Below are positions 38,848 to 50,556 of a stretch of DNA of 64,000 nt, one piece after another. The stretch is taken from assembly GCA_963729625.1 (NCBI GenBank), contig CAVSOU010000010.1, forward strand, positions 320,001 through 384,000, given 5' to 3'. The translations under genes were made by a program, and so were the position numbers. This DNA comes from an uncultured bacterium. Lineage in GTDB: Bacteria; Chloroflexota; UBA5177; JANWHV01. Within the stretch, counting starts at the first letter, position 1. Every line of letters starts with the position of its first letter. The notes beneath the pieces were generated by a model that saw only the letters and a program-made list of their open reading frames with translations, was not told the DNA's origin and did not search any database.

Positions 38848-41310
38848 GTGTTGGCAGATCCAACGGCGCAATTCGAATGGGCCCTTCCGTGGTTTGCCGG
38901 CGACGACAATGCGTACTACGAGCGCCATCTCGTGCTGGACCAAGTCGTCGAGCCGGGTGCCGCGAGCGCGCGTCAGCGGTTCGAAGCGCTTGCGCGCGCT
39001 CTGCGAGACCTGTTGGCGCAGCGGTGGTTGTGGACCGAGCAGCACTACGAACGCACAAATCCCAAACGAATCTACTACCTCTCGATGGAGTTCCTCATCG
39101 GGCGATCGCTTGTCAACAACATCGTCAATCTGCTCGTCGAGCCTGCAGTGCAGTCCGCGATGGAGCAGGCAGGAGTTGATTGGCGGCAGCTGTCCGAGCT
39201 CGAGCCGGACGCGGGCCTTGGTAATGGCGGCCTTGGCCGGCTGGCCGCATGTTATCTCGACTCGATGGCTACGCTGAAGTACCCGGCAATGGGATATGGC
39301 CTCCGCTATGACTACGGCATCTTCCACCAAGGCGTCAGAAATGGCTATCAGGTCGAGGCCCCGGACAACTGGTTGCGCCATCCCGACCCGTGGGAGGTTG
39401 CCAAGCAGGAGGAGACGGTCTCGGCAACCTTGCAGTCTTCGCTCCGCCTGAGGGAAGGAGACCACGCCAGGATCCCCAGCCAACAAATGACGTTGGTCGG
39501 CACGCCCTACGACCGCCCCGTCGTCGGCTACGGCGGAGCGACAATTAACACACTGCGGTTATGGAGCGCCGATTCGCCCGACTACTTCGACCTCGGAGAA
39601 TTCGACACCGGCGACTTTGTCGGGGCGATGCTGCATCGCGTGGTCGCCAACACCGTTACACGGGTGTTGTACCCGGACGATGCGACGCGCGAGGGCCAGC
39701 AACTCCGCTTCGTGCAGGAGTACTTCCTCGTCGCCTGCTCGCTGGCGGATATTATCGCGCGATTCCGCCGACTCAATACCGACTGGTACGCCCTTCCCGA
39801 CAAGGTCGCCATTCAGCTGAATGAAACACACCCGTCGCTCGCCGTGGCGGAGTTGATGAGAATACTTCTTGACAACGCCAGGCTGGGATGGGATGACGCC
39901 TGGGTGCTTACATGCAACACGCTTGCCTACACGAACCATACGCTTCTGCCTGAGGCGCTTGAACGGTGGCCGGTCGCGCTCTTCGAGGAGCTGCTTCCGC
40001 GGCATCTGGACATCATCTATGAGATCAACCGTCGTTTTCTCGACGGAGTTCGCGCGCGGTATCCCGGCGACGACGCGCGATTGCAGCGCGTAAGCCTGAT
40101 TGAAGAGGGTCCGATCAAGCAGGTTCGTATGGCGAACCTCGCGATTGTCGGCACGCACAAGACCAACGGCGTCGCGCGCATTCACTCGCGGCTGCTCCAG
40201 AGCCGGGTGGTACCCGATCTCGCGGAGCTCTTTCCGGATCGCTTTACGAACATCACTAACGGCGTGACGCCGCGGCGCTGGCTTCTGATTGCGAATCCTG
40301 CACTAGCGGACCTGATCACGGAAGCGATCGGGGAGGATTGGATAACTTATCTGTCCAAAGCCCGCGCGATTCTGCCCCTGGCATCCGACTCATGGTTCCA
40401 AGCTGGGTTTCGATCGGCCAAGCGCGACGCCAAGGCGAGGTTTAGCGATTGGCTGCGCATCGAGACGGGCCAGATTGTGGACCCTGACACGATGTTTGAC
40501 TGCCAGATCAAGCGCATCCATGAGTACAAGCGCCAGCTGCTCAATGTTCTCAGACTTATAGTCATGTACAACCGCTTCCGGAACGATCCAAGTTTGGCCA
40601 CGCCTCCGCGCACCGTGTTCTTCGCCGGCAAAGCGGCCCCGGCATATCACCTGGCCAAACTGATCATCAAGTTGATCAATAATGTGGCCGCCGTGGTCAA
40701 CGCGGACGGCGCGGTTAGCAGGCGTCTGCGTGTCCTTTTCCTTCCCGACTACAATGTCACGCTTGCCGAGAAGCTGATTCCGGCGACGGATCTGTCAGAG
40801 CAGATTTCAACCGCCGGATACGAGGCGAGTGGTACGAGCAACATGAAGTTCATGTTGAACGGTGCGCTGACGATCGGCACCCGAGACGGCGCAACGATAG
40901 AGATGGTCGAGGAAGCCGGCGAGGAGAATTTCTTTATGTTCGGCCTGACAGCCGAGCAGGTTGCTGCAAGTCGCGAGTGGTACAACCCGCGCTGGCATTA
41001 CGAGCATGATTCTGAGACCAAGCGAGCGCTGGACATGATTGCCTCGAATTACTTCAGCCGCGACGAGCCGGGTGTATTCATTCCCATTATCGACGCGCTT
41101 CTCACGCACGGGGACTTCTACATGCACCTGGCAGATCTCGTGGATTACCTTCAGTATCAAGACGACGTCAGCGCACTGTACGCCAATCCTCCGGAATGGA
41201 CGCGTAAGGCGATCATCAACGTTGGCTGTTCAGGCGCGTTTTCAAGTGACCGCTCGATCGCGCGCTATGCGTCGGACATCTGGGACGCAAAACCCTGTCC
41301 CGTGATGTGA
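38848..41310 (+). CDS. glgP: Glycogen/alpha-glucan phosphorylase
   Basis: YLSMEFL, GLGNGGLGRLAAC, YTNHT, QIKRIHEYKRQ, PLP motif EASGTSNMKF. GTG 38848 with GGAG preferred over TTG 38797. Confidence 0.96.
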   Translation: MLADPTAQFEWALPWFAGDDNAYYERHLVLDQVVEPGAASARQRFEALARALRDLLAQRWLWTEQHYERTNPKRIYYLSMEFLIGRSLVNNIVNLLVEPAVQSAMEQAGVDWRQLSELEPDAGLGNGGLGRLAACYLDSMATLKYPAMGYGLRYDYGIFHQGVRNGYQVEAPDNWLRHPDPWEVAKQEETVSATLQSSLRLREGDHARIPSQQMTLVGTPYDRPVVGYGGATINTLRLWSADSPDYFDLGEFDTGDFVGAMLHRVVANTVTRVLYPDDATREGQQLRFVQEYFLVACSLADIIARFRRLNTDWYALPDKVAIQLNETHPSLAVAELMRILLDNARLGWDDAWVLTCNTLAYTNHTLLPEALERWPVALFEELLPRHLDIIYEINRRFLDGVRARYPGDDARLQRVSLIEEGPIKQVRMANLAIVGTHKTNGVARIHSRLLQSRVVPDLAELFPDRFTNITNGVTPRRWLLIANPALADLITEAIGEDWITYLSKARAILPLASDSWFQAGFRSAKRDAKARFSDWLRIETGQIVDPDTMFDCQIKRIHEYKRQLLNVLRLIVMYNRFRNDPSLATPPRTVFFAGKAAPAYHLAKLIIKLINNVAAVVNADGAVSRRLRVLFLPDYNVTLAEKLIPATDLSEQISTAGYEASGTSNMKFMLNGALTIGTRDGATIEMVEEAGEENFFMFGLTAEQVAASREWYNPRWHYEHDSETKRALDMIASNYFSRDEPGVFIPIIDALLTHGDFYMHLADLVDYLQYQDDVSALYANPPEWTRKAIINVGCSGAFSSDRSIARYASDIWDAKPCPVM

Positions 41311-42941
41311 AACGTGTGAGGGATGGCGCCGGACTGAGCTCGTGGTCGCCATCGGATCGTGTGCGCTCGGATGGCGAGGCCCTGGAAGCACTGCGAACGC
41401 AGTCTTGCGAGAGATCCGCCACTCGCCCGGTCATGTTTTGGTTATTCTTCGCCACCGCGCTCATCTACCTCTTTACCGCCGGCAGCAATTTCTCGAGCGG
41501 AGACTCTTTCGCCGAGCTTCATGTGACGAGTAGTCTGGTTGGGCACGGCTGGTTTGACGTTCCGGTGCAGGCGCCAGGAACACGCTGCGCCGGTTGGGGC
41601 TGTCAGGGTACCGACGGAAAGTTCTATGCCACACACGCTATCGGCTATTCCGTGTTCATGATTCCTTTCTACGGCCTTGCCCAGGCCGCGCTGCACGGTA
41701 CGGGAGCAAGCCACTGCAGCGACCCACTCTGGACCCGGTGCGTGCCGATTCATCTCGTCAGCTGGAATACGTGCCTGGTGACGGCTGCGACCGTGACACT
41801 GCTTGCCCTTTTTGCGCTGGATCTCGGATACAGCCTTGCCGCGGCACTCGCAGCCGCCCTCCTCTATGGATTCGCCACCATGGCCTGGCCGTACGCACGC
41901 TATGGCTTCGATGTAACCCTCACCGGATTCTTTGTTCTGGCATCCGCTCGAGAGGCCTCCCTGGCTATGGACCAGAGGTGCGACGAGACGGCACGATGGT
42001 TTCGCTGCGGGGCGTGGACCGCGCTCGCGATCTTGGTCCGTCTGCCGACCGCACCGATCGTCCTGCCTCTGGCGGCAGCATGTTGGCTTGTGGGGAGTCC
42101 GGGCCATGCTGCGCGGTACAAGCGAGTGGCGGCGTACGTGGTGCCGCTTCTCGTCGCCGGAGCTTTTTCGGCCTGGTACAATGTGGTGCGCTTTGGCAGC
42201 GTGTTTGACGATGGTCATACAGCCAATACAGCGGACAAGCTATCGAGCGCGCCATGGTCCGGGCTCTTCGGCATCCTGATCAGTCCGGGCAAAGGCTTGC
42301 TCTGGTACTGCCCGGTCGTCGTGCTTGTCGTCCTGTCCATTCCACCGTTCTTTCGGGCTCGCCGTTCCACGTGTGTGCTCGCCCTTTCCGTCGCTGCTGT
42401 GTCGGTCATTCCGTACGTGTTTGTCAATGATTGGTATGGCGGCAACGCGTGGGGACCGCGCTTCGTGATGCCCGTGCTGCCGGTTCTCGTCCTCCCAATA
42501 CTCGAACTGGGAGGCCGTTGGTCAACTGCGCTCCGGACGAGAGCGGCCTCCGTCGCAATTGTCGCTATCAGCTGTTTCGCGCAGGTTTCCGGGCTGCTTG
42601 TAAGCTATCCCGAACGACTCGCGCTTGCCGAGCGCAGCGGCTACGGCGGAGATATCTTCTGGAATCCAGCGCATTCGCCAATTGTGGATCACGTGGGCAC
42701 GCTGCTCACGTATGTCCTCAATCCCACTGCCGCCACGCACCCGGTGCCCGTCTCGCACACGTTTGACGTCTGGTGGCTCAATCTCTGGCGGATCGACGGG
42801 ATGCCGCCGGTGAAGGTTGTGTTTGCCGGAATCGTGGTCGCACTCCTGGCAGCGGGAGCAACATTGGTGCTCAGGGCGCAGGTGAAACGCCTTGGGAGTG
42901 TGCCGCCTGTTGGCGGTCAATCCGCCGGGGTTCATCGCTGA
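41307..42941 (+). CDS. Polytopic membrane protein, probable GT-C (PMT/ArnT-like) glycosyltransferase
   Basis: Multiple TM helices, SGD loop, ATMAWPYA, SPGKGL..Y.P, W.GG.AWGPRF. The start may instead be ATG 41433. Confidence 0.65.
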   Translation: MKRVRDGAGLSSWSPSDRVRSDGEALEALRTQSCERSATRPVMFWLFFATALIYLFTAGSNFSSGDSFAELHVTSSLVGHGWFDVPVQAPGTRCAGWGCQGTDGKFYATHAIGYSVFMIPFYGLAQAALHGTGASHCSDPLWTRCVPIHLVSWNTCLVTAATVTLLALFALDLGYSLAAALAAALLYGFATMAWPYARYGFDVTLTGFFVLASAREASLAMDQRCDETARWFRCGAWTALAILVRLPTAPIVLPLAAACWLVGSPGHAARYKRVAAYVVPLLVAGAFSAWYNVVRFGSVFDDGHTANTADKLSSAPWSGLFGILISPGKGLLWYCPVVVLVVLSIPPFFRARRSTCVLALSVAAVSVIPYVFVNDWYGGNAWGPRFVMPVLPVLVLPILELGGRWSTALRTRAASVAIVAISCFAQVSGLLVSYPERLALAERSGYGGDIFWNPAHSPIVDHVGTLLTYVLNPTAATHPVPVSHTFDVWWLNLWRIDGMPPVKVVFAGIVVALLAAGATLVLRAQVKRLGSVPPVGGQSAGVHR

Positions 42942-43037
42942 GCAGTGGGCAGCGCGCCCGGCGTCCGAACCTTCCTACTCCTTGCCCCGCCTGACAGCCA
43001 TTACCGGACGGCCCCCCGTCCGGGTGCCGGATGGTTC

Positions 43038-43067
43038 TTGTCAACACTGCCCTCCACACTGTAATCT
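43038..43067 (+). promoter_or_regulatory. Candidate hppA promoter
   Basis: TTGTCA, 18 nt, TAATCT, about 245 nt upstream of the start codon. Confidence 0.45.
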
Positions 43068-43311
43068 TCGCATCGGTGCCTGCCCGCTGGGGGACGGCAC
43101 CGCGAGCGCCGGTCCGGAGCACGGATACATGTTGCGCGGCCGCGACGAACCGAGCGCAATGGTCGCGTCGAAGCGGCGAACCGGGTGGTTCGATCGCCGT
43201 TCCTTTTCGCACGCCTTGGGCCGAGGATGACCTGAATATATCGACCGTGTGTGTGTCTGGGATCGAAATCGCCGTCGAGTTGGTGAGGGTTCGGAGGAGG
43301 CAGGTAGGTTT

Positions 43312-45432
43312 ATGGATAGTTGGGGTCCTTGGTTTGCACTTGGCTGCGCTGCTGCGGCGATAGTAGCCGGCGTGCTTCTCATCATGTGGGTCCTGCAGCA
43401 GGATCAGGGCAACCAGCGGATGAAAGATATCTCGAAGGCCGTACAGGAGGGCGCGGGCGCGTACCTCAATCGGCAGTACCGCACAATCGGACTTGTTGCC
43501 GTCGTCGTTGCGATCCTGCTGCTCTTCAGCCGGGAGAATTCCTCGCTGAATGGCATCAGTGTCAGCGACGGCGTAAAGTACATGATCTGCTTCCTCGTAG
43601 GCGCCGCGTGTTCGGCGGCGGCCGGGTACATCGGCATGAACGTCTCCGTACGCAGCAACCTTCGAACTGCTCAGGCGGCGACCAAGGGGCTGAACAGCGC
43701 GCTGACGCTTGCGTTCCGGGGCGGCTCTGTTACCGGTCTGTTCGTGGTCGGGCTCGGCCTCGCAGGCGTGTCGATCATGTACGAGGTGTATAACGACCCC
43801 AAGACCTTGGTCGCGCTGGGCTTCGGCGGCAGCTTGATCAGTGTGTTCGCCCGCCTGGGCGGCGGAATCTATACCAAGGCCGCGGACGTAGGAGCCGACC
43901 TCGTGGGTAAGGTAGAAGCAGGTATCCCTGAGGATGACCCACGCAACCCGGCAGTCATTGCCGACAACGTCGGCGACAACGTCGGCGACTGCGCCGGCAT
44001 GGCGGCGGACCTGTTCGAGACATACGCTATAACGCTCCTGGCTCCAATGGTCCTTGCCGATCTGCTATTCTCCAGGCTCACGTCGACGCACCTGGCCGCA
44101 GATGCCACGGCGCTCAAGCAGCTTGTCTCGTTGCCCTTGGTACTGGGCGGTGTGTCAATCCTGGCATCGATAATCGGCATCTTCTTTGTGCGAGTCAGCG
44201 CAGGCAGTAAGGCGATCATGGGCGCGATGTATAAGGGCACAATCGTCACGGCTGTGATCGCCGCGGTTGCGTTCATTCCTGTGTTCTTTGGCTTGCTCGA
44301 CAAGCTCGGCACCGTCAATCGAGACGCTGGAATCTCAGGCCTTGACCTCTCATCGGGCCGGCTGTACGTCTGCGCTCTCATCGGGTTGGCCATTACCGGC
44401 CTGATCGTGGCGACGACTGACTTCTACACGTCAGCCACGCACCGGCCGGTCAAGACCATTGCGCAGGCTTCAACGACGGGACACGGCACCAATATCATCC
44501 AGGGTCTGGCGGTCGGATTGGAAGCGACGGCGATTCCAGTAATCGTGATCGCGATTGGAATCTGGGTTTCATTCAGCCTGGTAGGCAGCCTCTACGGCGT
44601 CGCGATTGCAGCGACCGCCATGCTGTCCATGGCCGGGATCATCGTCGCCGTTGATTCGTACGGGCCAATCACCGACAACGCGGGCGGCATCGCGGAGATG
44701 GCCGAGCTCCCGGAGGAAATCCGGAACATCACCGACCCGCTCGATTCGGTGGGCAATACCACAAAAGCGGTGACCAAAGGCTACGCAATCGGCTCCGCGG
44801 CGCTGGCAGCTCTGGTGCTGTTTGCTTCGTTCAAGAACGAGCTCCCGTCGTCGCTGGTCAACGTGTCCTTCGATCTGACCAGTTACAAAGTGATCGTGGG
44901 TCTGTTCATCGGCGGTGTTCTTCCAAATATCTTTGCTTCACTATGCCTGACCGCAGTCGGCAAGGCAGCAGGCGGCGTCGTCGTCGAAGTTCGTCGCCAG
45001 TTCCGCGAGAAGCCGGGCATCATGAAGGGCACTGATCGACCTGACTACGCGCAGTGCGTGGACATTGTTACGAAGTCCGCCCTTCGGCAGATGGTGCTTC
45101 CAGCGCTCATACCGGTGCTCTCCCCGGTCGTGGTGGGCTTTGTTCTCGGCCCCGAAGCCCTCGGCGCTTGCCTTGTCGGCAGCATCATAGTTGGCGTGTT
45201 CATGGCCATCTCCATGACGAGTGGCGGCGGTGCATGGGACAACGCCAAGAAGTTTATCGAGGAAGGGAACCTGGGTGGCAAGGGGTCGCAGACGCATCAG
45301 GCCGCGGTGACGGGCGATACCGTGGGCGATCCGTATAAGGACACAGCCGGCCCGGCAATTAACCCGATGATCAAGGTGTTGAACATCGTCGCCGTGTTGA
45401 TCGCGCCTCTGCTTTCACACCACCTCTGGTAG
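43312..45432 (+). CDS. hppA: Membrane-bound ion-translocating pyrophosphatase, K+-independent type
   Basis: [45 protein letters not shown] has the Lys that marks K+ independence. Confidence 0.96.
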   Translation: MDSWGPWFALGCAAAAIVAGVLLIMWVLQQDQGNQRMKDISKAVQEGAGAYLNRQYRTIGLVAVVVAILLLFSRENSSLNGISVSDGVKYMICFLVGAACSAAAGYIGMNVSVRSNLRTAQAATKGLNSALTLAFRGGSVTGLFVVGLGLAGVSIMYEVYNDPKTLVALGFGGSLISVFARLGGGIYTKAADVGADLVGKVEAGIPEDDPRNPAVIADNVGDNVGDCAGMAADLFETYAITLLAPMVLADLLFSRLTSTHLAADATALKQLVSLPLVLGGVSILASIIGIFFVRVSAGSKAIMGAMYKGTIVTAVIAAVAFIPVFFGLLDKLGTVNRDAGISGLDLSSGRLYVCALIGLAITGLIVATTDFYTSATHRPVKTIAQASTTGHGTNIIQGLAVGLEATAIPVIVIAIGIWVSFSLVGSLYGVAIAATAMLSMAGIIVAVDSYGPITDNAGGIAEMAELPEEIRNITDPLDSVGNTTKAVTKGYAIGSAALAALVLFASFKNELPSSLVNVSFDLTSYKVIVGLFIGGVLPNIFASLCLTAVGKAAGGVVVEVRRQFREKPGIMKGTDRPDYAQCVDIVTKSALRQMVLPALIPVLSPVVVGFVLGPEALGACLVGSIIVGVFMAISMTSGGGAWDNAKKFIEEGNLGGKGSQTHQAAVTGDTVGDPYKDTAGPAINPMIKVLNIVAVLIAPLLSHHLW

Positions 45433-45629
45433 GCGCGGTCGACACCGCGTGTCTGGTAGCATAGGTGAGCTAGCGGTGTAGCTCGCGCGGTTATTGGTGC
45501 AGCCCGTAGCGTTCGTCTGGGCTGCGCCGCGGTGGGCAGCCGAGCCTTAAGAAGGCCCGGCTGTCCTCTTGTATGCGGCGACCGGCGAACCAGTGCCATG
45601 AACGCCGCCACGCGCGAGAGGGGTAGTCA

Positions 45630-46631
45630 GTGCAAGTACTTGTCACAGGCGGCGCGGGCTTCATTGGATCGCACCTTGTCGACGCGTTGATCGCGCAGGG
45701 CATGCGCGTGCGCGTTCTGGATAATCTATCGACCGGGAAGCGCGAAAACATTGCCCATCATCTGTCCGATCCGCGATTTACCTTTCGCGAAGGCACGGTA
45801 GTCGACCGCGAGACCGTGCGAGAATTGGCCACCGGTTGCGATCTCGTCTTCCATTTGGCCGCCGCGATAGGTGTCCGTTATGTCATCGACGATCCGCTCG
45901 GAGGCATGGTTACCAACGTGCGGGGCACGGAAGAAGTTCTTGCCGCCGCATGTGATGCCGGATCTCGTCTCGTGCTGGCCTCGTCCTCCGAAGTCTATGG
46001 CAAGGGACTGCCTGCAGATGTCTGGGAGCCGTTCCGAGAGGATTCGGATTGCGTTGTTGGCCCGACCTCGGTGCCGCGGTGGTGGTATTCGCTCTCCAAG
46101 AGCCTGGACGAGCACATGGGATTCGCATACTTCCGGCAGCGCGGTCTGCCCGTCTCCGTCGTGCGGTATTTCAACATCTATGGGCCACGTTGCGATCCGG
46201 GGGGCTACGGCGTGCTGGCGCGATTCGTAAGCAGGGCGCTGCGTGGCGATGAGCTGACCGTCTATGGCGACGGGCGTCAAAGTCGAAGTTTTACCTTTGT
46301 CTCGGACGCGGTCCGCGCCACGCTGCTGGCCGCCGAGCGCACGGATGCGGTCGGCGAGGCAATCAACGTTGGCTCATCCAATGAAATCAGTATCATTGAT
46401 GCGGCGGGATTGGTTCTTTCCTTGACCGGGAGCCGTTCGGAGATCCAATATCAGCAGTATGCGGATGTGTTTGGCCCGCGCTTTGAAGACACCCGGCGGC
46501 GGGTTCCCGATGTGCGAAAGGCTGAGAAGGTGCTGGGATTCAGCGCAACGGTATCGCTTCGAGAAGGAATAGTCGCGACAGCTGATTGGTGGCGCAGCCG
46601 GCTCGGGAGTATGACGGACGCAAGGCCTTGA
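45630..46631 (+). CDS. NAD-dependent nucleotide-sugar epimerase/dehydratase
   Basis: GGAGFIGSH, ASSSEVYGK, YSLSK, RYFNIYGPR. Confidence 0.9.
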   Translation: MQVLVTGGAGFIGSHLVDALIAQGMRVRVLDNLSTGKRENIAHHLSDPRFTFREGTVVDRETVRELATGCDLVFHLAAAIGVRYVIDDPLGGMVTNVRGTEEVLAAACDAGSRLVLASSSEVYGKGLPADVWEPFREDSDCVVGPTSVPRWWYSLSKSLDEHMGFAYFRQRGLPVSVVRYFNIYGPRCDPGGYGVLARFVSRALRGDELTVYGDGRQSRSFTFVSDAVRATLLAAERTDAVGEAINVGSSNEISIIDAAGLVLSLTGSRSEIQYQQYADVFGPRFEDTRRRVPDVRKAEKVLGFSATVSLREGIVATADWWRSRLGSMTDARP

Positions 46632-49343
46632 ACCCGCGTACGGCTTCGTTGGTTCGCATCCTCGATGGCCTAATCGAGCTCGGCTGGCTCTTCGCCATAC
46701 TCGCGGTGCCAACGTTCTTCAACCTGCGCGATGCCCGCATCTTCGAGCCGGACAAGATTGTGCTCCTGCGAGACATCGTCATCGTCATGGTAGTCGTCTT
46801 TCTGGTCAAGGCCGTCTACACCGCTCCCTATCAGATGCTGCGCTGGTCTGGGAAGTTGACTCCTGACAATCCGGGAAGCCCTGGAAGCGACGTCAAGACC
46901 TGGGTAACGCATCGGCCGATAGTGATAGCAGCCCTGGTGTTCGCCATCGTCTACCTGCTGGCTACCTTTGATTCGCTCCTTCCTGCCACCAGCTTCTGGG
47001 GCTCGTATGACCGGATGGAAGGGACGTACACGTACCTCACATACATCACGCTCTTCATGCTTATGGTCGGTCACATGCGCAGCTGGACGCAATTTGAGCG
47101 GGTTGCTACAGCCATCATCTTTTCGAGCATCCCATGTGCGGCGTACAGCTGGGTGCAGCGTTTCAACCTGGATCCGCTCGTGTGGGGCGGGTCCGGACCT
47201 ACGGCCGCCATGCGGACTCCCTCGACTCTCGGCAACCCGATATTCGAAGCCGCCTTCCTGCTCATGACGGTTCCCTTCACACTGCACCGGCTTGCGCAGG
47301 GTGGCGTTCTCTGGTGGCAGTCCCCCAATCTCCGGCCCTTTGCCGCCGGCAGCGCGCGGTTCTATGCCGGCATGTTGGGATACATTGCAGCGCTCGTCCT
47401 TCAGGTCGGCGCCATTGTCTTCTCTGGCAGTCGCGGGCCCGGTCTGGGATTCCTGGCGGCGGTTGTGGTCTTCTGCCTGGCGATCGCAGTCCGGCGGCGC
47501 GTGATGTGGCTTCTTCGTACTGTGGCGGTGGGCGCGCTTGTCCTGGTCGCTGTCTTTGGCGCAGCTAACACAGTGATGAAGGCCAGCAATACACCTCAGT
47601 CAGGTTTCTCGCGGTTCTTGTACCTCCTGCCAAGCGAGTCCGGCACGTCGGAGGTGCGGTCGTTGCTCTGGAACAGCGCGCCTTCGCTGCTGAAGGCACA
47701 TCCTCTTCTTGGTTGCGGACCTGAAGTGCTGATCTTCTGTTGGTATCCGGACTACCCGAGCGGTCTGCGCGCTATCGAGCTTGCCAATGCCGCGCCGGAC
47801 AGAAGCCACAACGAAGACATCGATATCGTGTTGACGACCGGGATTCTGGGTGCGATGTCCTATCTGGCGTTAATTGCAGCGATCGTAGCCAGTCAAATCC
47901 GTATCCTTCTGCGATCGGTCGACTTACGTAGCATGACGTTCAGTGCAGCCCTTTTGGCAATGATTATCGGCCATATCGTCGAAGCGTTTGTCGGTATTGC
48001 CTTCTCAGCAACCATTCTCCTGATCTGGTGCGCGGCAGCGATGAGTGCAGTGCTGGCGAGCGGAGAGCTGACTGGTGCGGCGGCCGCGTACGCCCCGACC
48101 GCTGCTGAGTCGGCCGATAGCGTAGAACCGCGACCGGCGGCTCGCGAGGGGTCCAAATCCGAGGTTAGTCGCCGGCAAGCGACCGAGGGGGCCAATCGGA
48201 GCGTACGTCGGAACAAGGACGATCGCCGCACTCCTCAGGTTTGGGGTGCGGGCGCCAACACAGCACCGGTCTACTCGATGGTCGATCAGCTCGCCCGCCT
48301 TGGCCGTGGGGGGGTGACCGCATTTGCCGGAGGCGTACTCGTGGCAATCGCACTCATTGCCGTGTGTGGGGCGCAGTTCATCGCGAACATCGAGCTGATC
48401 CAGGCCGACGCTGATTTCCGGAACGGGCAGGGCTATGAGCAAAGCGCAGGCAACCTTGCGTCGCAAACAGGTCAAATGTCCGGTGCCGAGGCGACCTATG
48501 TGGGAGCGATTACGGCCTACCAGGACGCGATCAGCACGCTGCCGTCGTGGAACGGCAATCCGACGTATGATGAGTACAGCCTGTTCCTGGGCAAGACGTA
48601 CCTCGAGTACGCAAACACGCTCTATAACGACCTGGCGAATAAGGTGACCGGTTCCGCGACGCTGGCGCAGGTCGAAAGCGAGTTCCAGAACGCTGCCGAT
48701 GTGTTCGTCGCCGCCGCAAAGGCCAATCCTCTCAACCCCGATCATCCACGGAACCTCGGCAAGCTCTACCTTGAGTGGTCGGGCGTGAACAGCAGCAAGC
48801 CCGATCTGCAGAAGCTTGAGACTGCCAGCAGTTACTTTCAGCAGGCCGCCTCCCTCGCACCGCATAACGCGGACATCCCCGACGAGTGGACCCTGGTGAA
48901 CATGCTCATCGGCAATAACTATCCCAGCCTGGCACGGGCGCAGTTCTCACAGGCCCTCGCGCACCTGATGAGAGCTCTGGAACTGTACCCTGAGAGCGGA
49001 GCCGCGTACCGCGATCTCGGGATCTGTCTACGTGCAGTACTCTGAGTTCGCGGCTGCCGACCACCAGACGAGCAAACAGACGCAGTACTTGGGACTCGCT
49101 CGCGATGCGTGGGTCAAGGCGCTGTCCTACAACGCTCCACAATCGCAGGGAATTTACCCCAAGCTGACATCGCTCGAGTATCAGGTGTTCCAGGACTACT
49201 GCGCTGCCGGCAACTATGCGCAGACCGGCCTGCAGCTCGTGCAAAACAAGACGTTGGCGGACTCTGACGGCAAGAATGCGGCTCTGTTCCAGCAGGCGAT
49301 CGCGGCGGCCCGCAGCCATGGTTGCCGTCTCACGAGCCAGTGA
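46628..49343 (+). CDS. O-antigen ligase (WaaL/Wzy_C)-like membrane protein with C-terminal TPR-like domain; one +1 frameshift near 49020
   Basis: STLGNP, SGSRG, R...W, GCGPE, DRSHN; TPR-like helices (NPLNPDHPRNLGKLY, LYPESGAAYRDLG) continue in frame 49032-49343 after an extra G. Confidence 0.8.
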
Positions 49344-50449
49344 GCGGGTACTTACTGTCGTTCGTATTCTCCATGGCCGTGGCATTGGTGGCTACACCCA
49401 TTGCCAGACGCGTGGCCATCCAACTTGACATCGTTGACCATCCAGATGGCCGAAAAGCCCATGGATCGCCTGTTCCGTACCTTGGCGGTGTGGCCATCTA
49501 CCTGGCATTCATAGTGATCCTTATTTTCGCTATAGGTCCGGGCAACCACGACTCCGGCTTCAACCTTGCAACCGGGCAACTCATTGCCATCGTCGGCGGT
49601 GCGTCACTGATGGCGCTGCTGGGCCTTCTTGATGACCGCTATGATTTGCCTGCAGGAGTCAAGCTCGTGGGCCAGTTGACTGGCGCAGGCATTCTGCTTG
49701 CGGCCAAAGTGGAGATTCACTTCAACCATGCCATGTTTGCGCCGCTCGAGGCGCCGATAACCGTCGTATGGGTAGTGGGAATTACCAATGCATTCAATCT
49801 CATGGACAACATGGACGGGCTGGCAGTTGGCACCGCTGGAATCGCGGCCACCTTTTTCTTCATACATGCAATTCTGGCCCTGCCTGTTCAAAGCTTCGTG
49901 GCGTCCCTTGCTGCCGCCCTGGCCGGCGCCTGCTTTGGCTTCCTCTTCTACAACTGGAGCCCAGCCAAGATCTTCATGGGTGATGCGGGCGCGCTGTTTC
50001 TCGGCTATATCCTGTCCGCTCTCGCACTGAAGCTCAGCCTCACGACGACCAGCCCCGCGCTCGTTCAGCTGGCGCAGACTGCAGGCTACTCTACAGGAGT
50101 AACACAGAATTTGCACGCAATTGCCCTCGTGGCTCCCGTCCTAGTGCTTGGCATTCCGATCTTCGACACGACCCTCGTGACGATTTCGCGTCTGCGTCGA
50201 AGAGTGCCGGTATCGCGCGGAGGCCGCGATCACTTGTCGCATCGACTGGTCGGCTCAGGCTTGACGCACCGTGAGGCGGTGATGAGCCTGTACCTGGCGA
50301 GCTGCGCTCTGGGAGGGCTGAGCATCGTGCTCACCCGCGTGAACCTGCGGGAGGGCATATTCGTCCTCTCCGTCGTCGCGATCGCCTCGGTCTACTTGTT
50401 CTTCCGTTTCGAGAACATGTACCGCATGCAGACGGCAAACCCCGCATGA
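49340..50449 (+). CDS. TagO/WecA (MraY-family) polyprenyl-phosphate HexNAc-1-phosphate transferase
   Basis: RKAH..PVPYLGG, GLLDD, NAFNLMDNMDGL, IFMGDAG, DHLSHRL. Confidence 0.92.
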   Translation: MSGYLLSFVFSMAVALVATPIARRVAIQLDIVDHPDGRKAHGSPVPYLGGVAIYLAFIVILIFAIGPGNHDSGFNLATGQLIAIVGGASLMALLGLLDDRYDLPAGVKLVGQLTGAGILLAAKVEIHFNHAMFAPLEAPITVVWVVGITNAFNLMDNMDGLAVGTAGIAATFFFIHAILALPVQSFVASLAAALAGACFGFLFYNWSPAKIFMGDAGALFLGYILSALALKLSLTTTSPALVQLAQTAGYSTGVTQNLHAIALVAPVLVLGIPIFDTTLVTISRLRRRVPVSRGGRDHLSHRLVGSGLTHREAVMSLYLASCALGGLSIVLTRVNLREGIFVLSVVAIASVYLFFRFENMYRMQTANPA

Positions 50450-50556
50450 GGAGTTCAGGGGCCTCGCGAGCGGCGAGCTGGGCACTATGGGCGAGGCCCG
50501 GCGCGATCCTATGTTCGGCGGCCATGTTCAAGCGCCGCGCTCGCCTGTTGACTGTG

